32,000 nucleotides of DNA, taken from Candidatus Saccharimonadota bacterium (GTDB lineage: Bacteria > Pseudomonadota > Gammaproteobacteria > Enterobacterales > Enterobacteriaceae). The position numbers and the translations under genes were made by a program. Below the pieces are notes generated by a model. That model had not been told where the DNA came from, searched no databases, and worked only from the letters and a program-made list of their open reading frames with translations. The stretch lies in NCBI RefSeq assembly GCF_000973505.1, contig NZ_CP010048.1, positions 570,001 through 602,000 on the forward strand. The letters are read 5' to 3'. This document shows positions 30,773 to 32,000 of this stretch, piece after piece. How positions within the stretch are numbered: the stretch's first letter is position 1; the number at the start of each line of letters is the position of its first letter.

Positions 30773-30924
30773 ACGCTTATTTTTCAGTATATAAAACATA
30801 AATAACGTTATATTAAATATACGGTATAGTTGATATTTTAACATTTTTATGCACAATATACTGGACAAAAACACATAGTGAATGTTTCTCGTATATTAAT
30901 GCTTGCATTCACGAGGCTATATGA

Positions 30925-31884
30925 ATGAACCAACTAGACAGTTTAAAAAAATTTAGTACCATTGTCGCAGATACTGGAGATATAGAATCAATCCAACGTT
31001 ACGCTCCGCAAGATGCTACCACTAACCCATCATTGCTTTTAAAATCAGTGATGCATAATAAAAAATACCAAAAACTCATAATAAATGCTATATCATATGC
31101 ACAAAAAAAAGGAGGTAATAAAAACAATAAAATATTTAATGCAAGCAGTAAACTAGCAGTAAATATTGGTGCTGAAATATTAAAAAAAATACCAGGGTAC
31201 ATTTCAACTGAAATAGATGCACGTTTTTCTTTTAATTATGAAATGAGCATAAAACATGCTATTAACTTAATTAATATGTACGAAGAACTAAATATTAACA
31301 AAAAAAGAATTTTAATAAAACTAGCTGCAACTTGGGAGGGAATTCAAGCTGCCAACGAATTAAAAAAACATGGAATAAAATGCAATCTAACACTACTATT
31401 CTCGTTTGCACAAGCACAAGCCTGTGCTGAATCTTATGTGTATCTAATTTCTCCATTCGTTGGTCGAATTTATGACTGGTATCATCACAATCAACTATTA
31501 TCACAACCATATAATTGTAATAATGATCCAGGAGTACAAGCAATACATAAAATCTTCTTATATTACAAAAAATACAACTACCCAACGATAATTATGGCAG
31601 CAAGTTTTAGAAACATTGAACAAATAACAGCTTTAGCAGGATGTGATCGACTTACAATATCACCCGATTTATTGGAAATACTACAACATAATAAACACAC
31701 CGTCAAACAAAAATTATTTCCTCCCGATACACAAATAATGAATACACATACACCATTATCTGAAACAGATTTCCATAAAAAACATAACAAAAATACCATG
31801 GCTGTCCAAAAATTACTTGAGGGCATCCATAAATTTTCCACAGATCAACAAAAAATAGAAAAAATCCTTAATAATCTATTATAG
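30925..31884 (+). CDS. tal: Transaldolase (TalA-like by synteny with the downstream tkt)
   Basis: This 319-aa protein starts [40 protein letters not shown], close to E. coli TalA/TalB. The Schiff-base Lys context is [15 protein letters not shown] lies 8 nt upstream of the ATG. Confidence 0.95.
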   Translation: MNQLDSLKKFSTIVADTGDIESIQRYAPQDATTNPSLLLKSVMHNKKYQKLIINAISYAQKKGGNKNNKIFNASSKLAVNIGAEILKKIPGYISTEIDARFSFNYEMSIKHAINLINMYEELNINKKRILIKLAATWEGIQAANELKKHGIKCNLTLLFSFAQAQACAESYVYLISPFVGRIYDWYHHNQLLSQPYNCNNDPGVQAIHKIFLYYKKYNYPTIIMAASFRNIEQITALAGCDRLTISPDLLEILQHNKHTVKQKLFPPDTQIMNTHTPLSETDFHKKHNKNTMAVQKLLEGIHKFSTDQQKIEKILNNLL

Positions 31885-31907
31885 TAATCAATCATGGAGA
31901 AAATTTA

Positions 31908-32000
31908 ATGATATTAAGAAAAACTCTAGCAAATGCCATTCGTGTGTTGAGTATAGACGCTATTCAGCATGCTAATTCAGGACATCCAGGCATGCCAATG
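31908..32000 (+). CDS. tkt: Transketolase, first 31 codons (runs off the right window edge)
   Basis: My own translation gives [31 protein letters not shown], matching the transketolase N-terminus (E. coli ...ELANAIRALSMDAVQKA(K/N)SGHPGAPMG). GGAG (31896-31899) lies 8 nt upstream. The tal-tkt order matches E. coli talA-tktB. Confidence 0.88.
   Translation, partial: MILRKTLANAIRVLSIDAIQHANSGHPGMPM

Noticed and set aside
29649-30924. The idea that the large AT-rich spacers (29649-30924 and 21455-22313) are a replication origin or terminus.
   Set aside because: C>G on the + strand persists on both sides, so there is no skew switch. I found no DnaA-box-like clusters (TTATCCACA) while reading. 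The flanking genes are not origin-associated.
1-32000. A search for CRISPR arrays, IS elements or transposases, integrases, prophage genes, toxin-antitoxin pairs, defence or secretion systems, and rRNA.
   Set aside because: None was found. There are no regularly spaced direct repeats and no terminal inverted repeats flanking an ORF. Every ORF over 100 aa that is not a frame shadow is a recognisable housekeeping orthologue in E. coli-like order.

Overview
This is an AT-rich, gene-dense window. Spacers look over 80% A+T by eye and strand composition is strongly skewed. It reads like a reduced chromosome of an Enterobacterales-derived insect endosymbiont. Gene content, composition and E. coli-like gene order most resemble Candidatus Blochmannia, but that cannot be proven from this window.

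I support 26 protein genes, all core housekeeping:
- nuoF(partial)-E-CD-B-A
- dedD-folC-accD-truA-pdxB-fabB
- prmB-aroC
- mntH, nupC, gltX, ligA
- cysK-ptsH-ptsI
- cysA-W-U-P
- tal-tkt(partial)

There are also 4 tRNA genes: Arg-CCU, Ala-GGC, Val-UAC and Lys-UUU.

From memory of the E. coli K-12 map, the order is collinear with its nuo-to-tktB region. Most intervening genes are deleted, leaving featureless AT-rich spacers of 0.3-1.3 kb.

I see no mobile elements, CRISPR, prophage, rRNA, toxin, defence or secretion genes, and no convincing novel multi-gene system. Every long ORF has an obvious orthologue.

The points worth a second look are signatures of reductive evolution:
- dedD's membrane anchor is encoded upstream of its only ATG, so it probably starts at ATT or ATA.
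- ligA lacks the BRCT domain.
- ptsHI has no adjacent crr.
- All four tRNA genes lack an encoded CCA, and tRNA-Arg(CCU) has degraded stems.
- GluRS has a zinc-ligand substitution (H127D).
- Intact ORFs carry homopolymer tracts of 9-11 nt.
- Two 16-bp perfect palindromes sit near promoters.
- A GC island lies upstream of fabB.
- Two large spacers (0.86 and 1.28 kb) have no ORFs.
- No intrinsic terminators are visible at convergent junctions.
- prmB-aroC appears inverted relative to E. coli.
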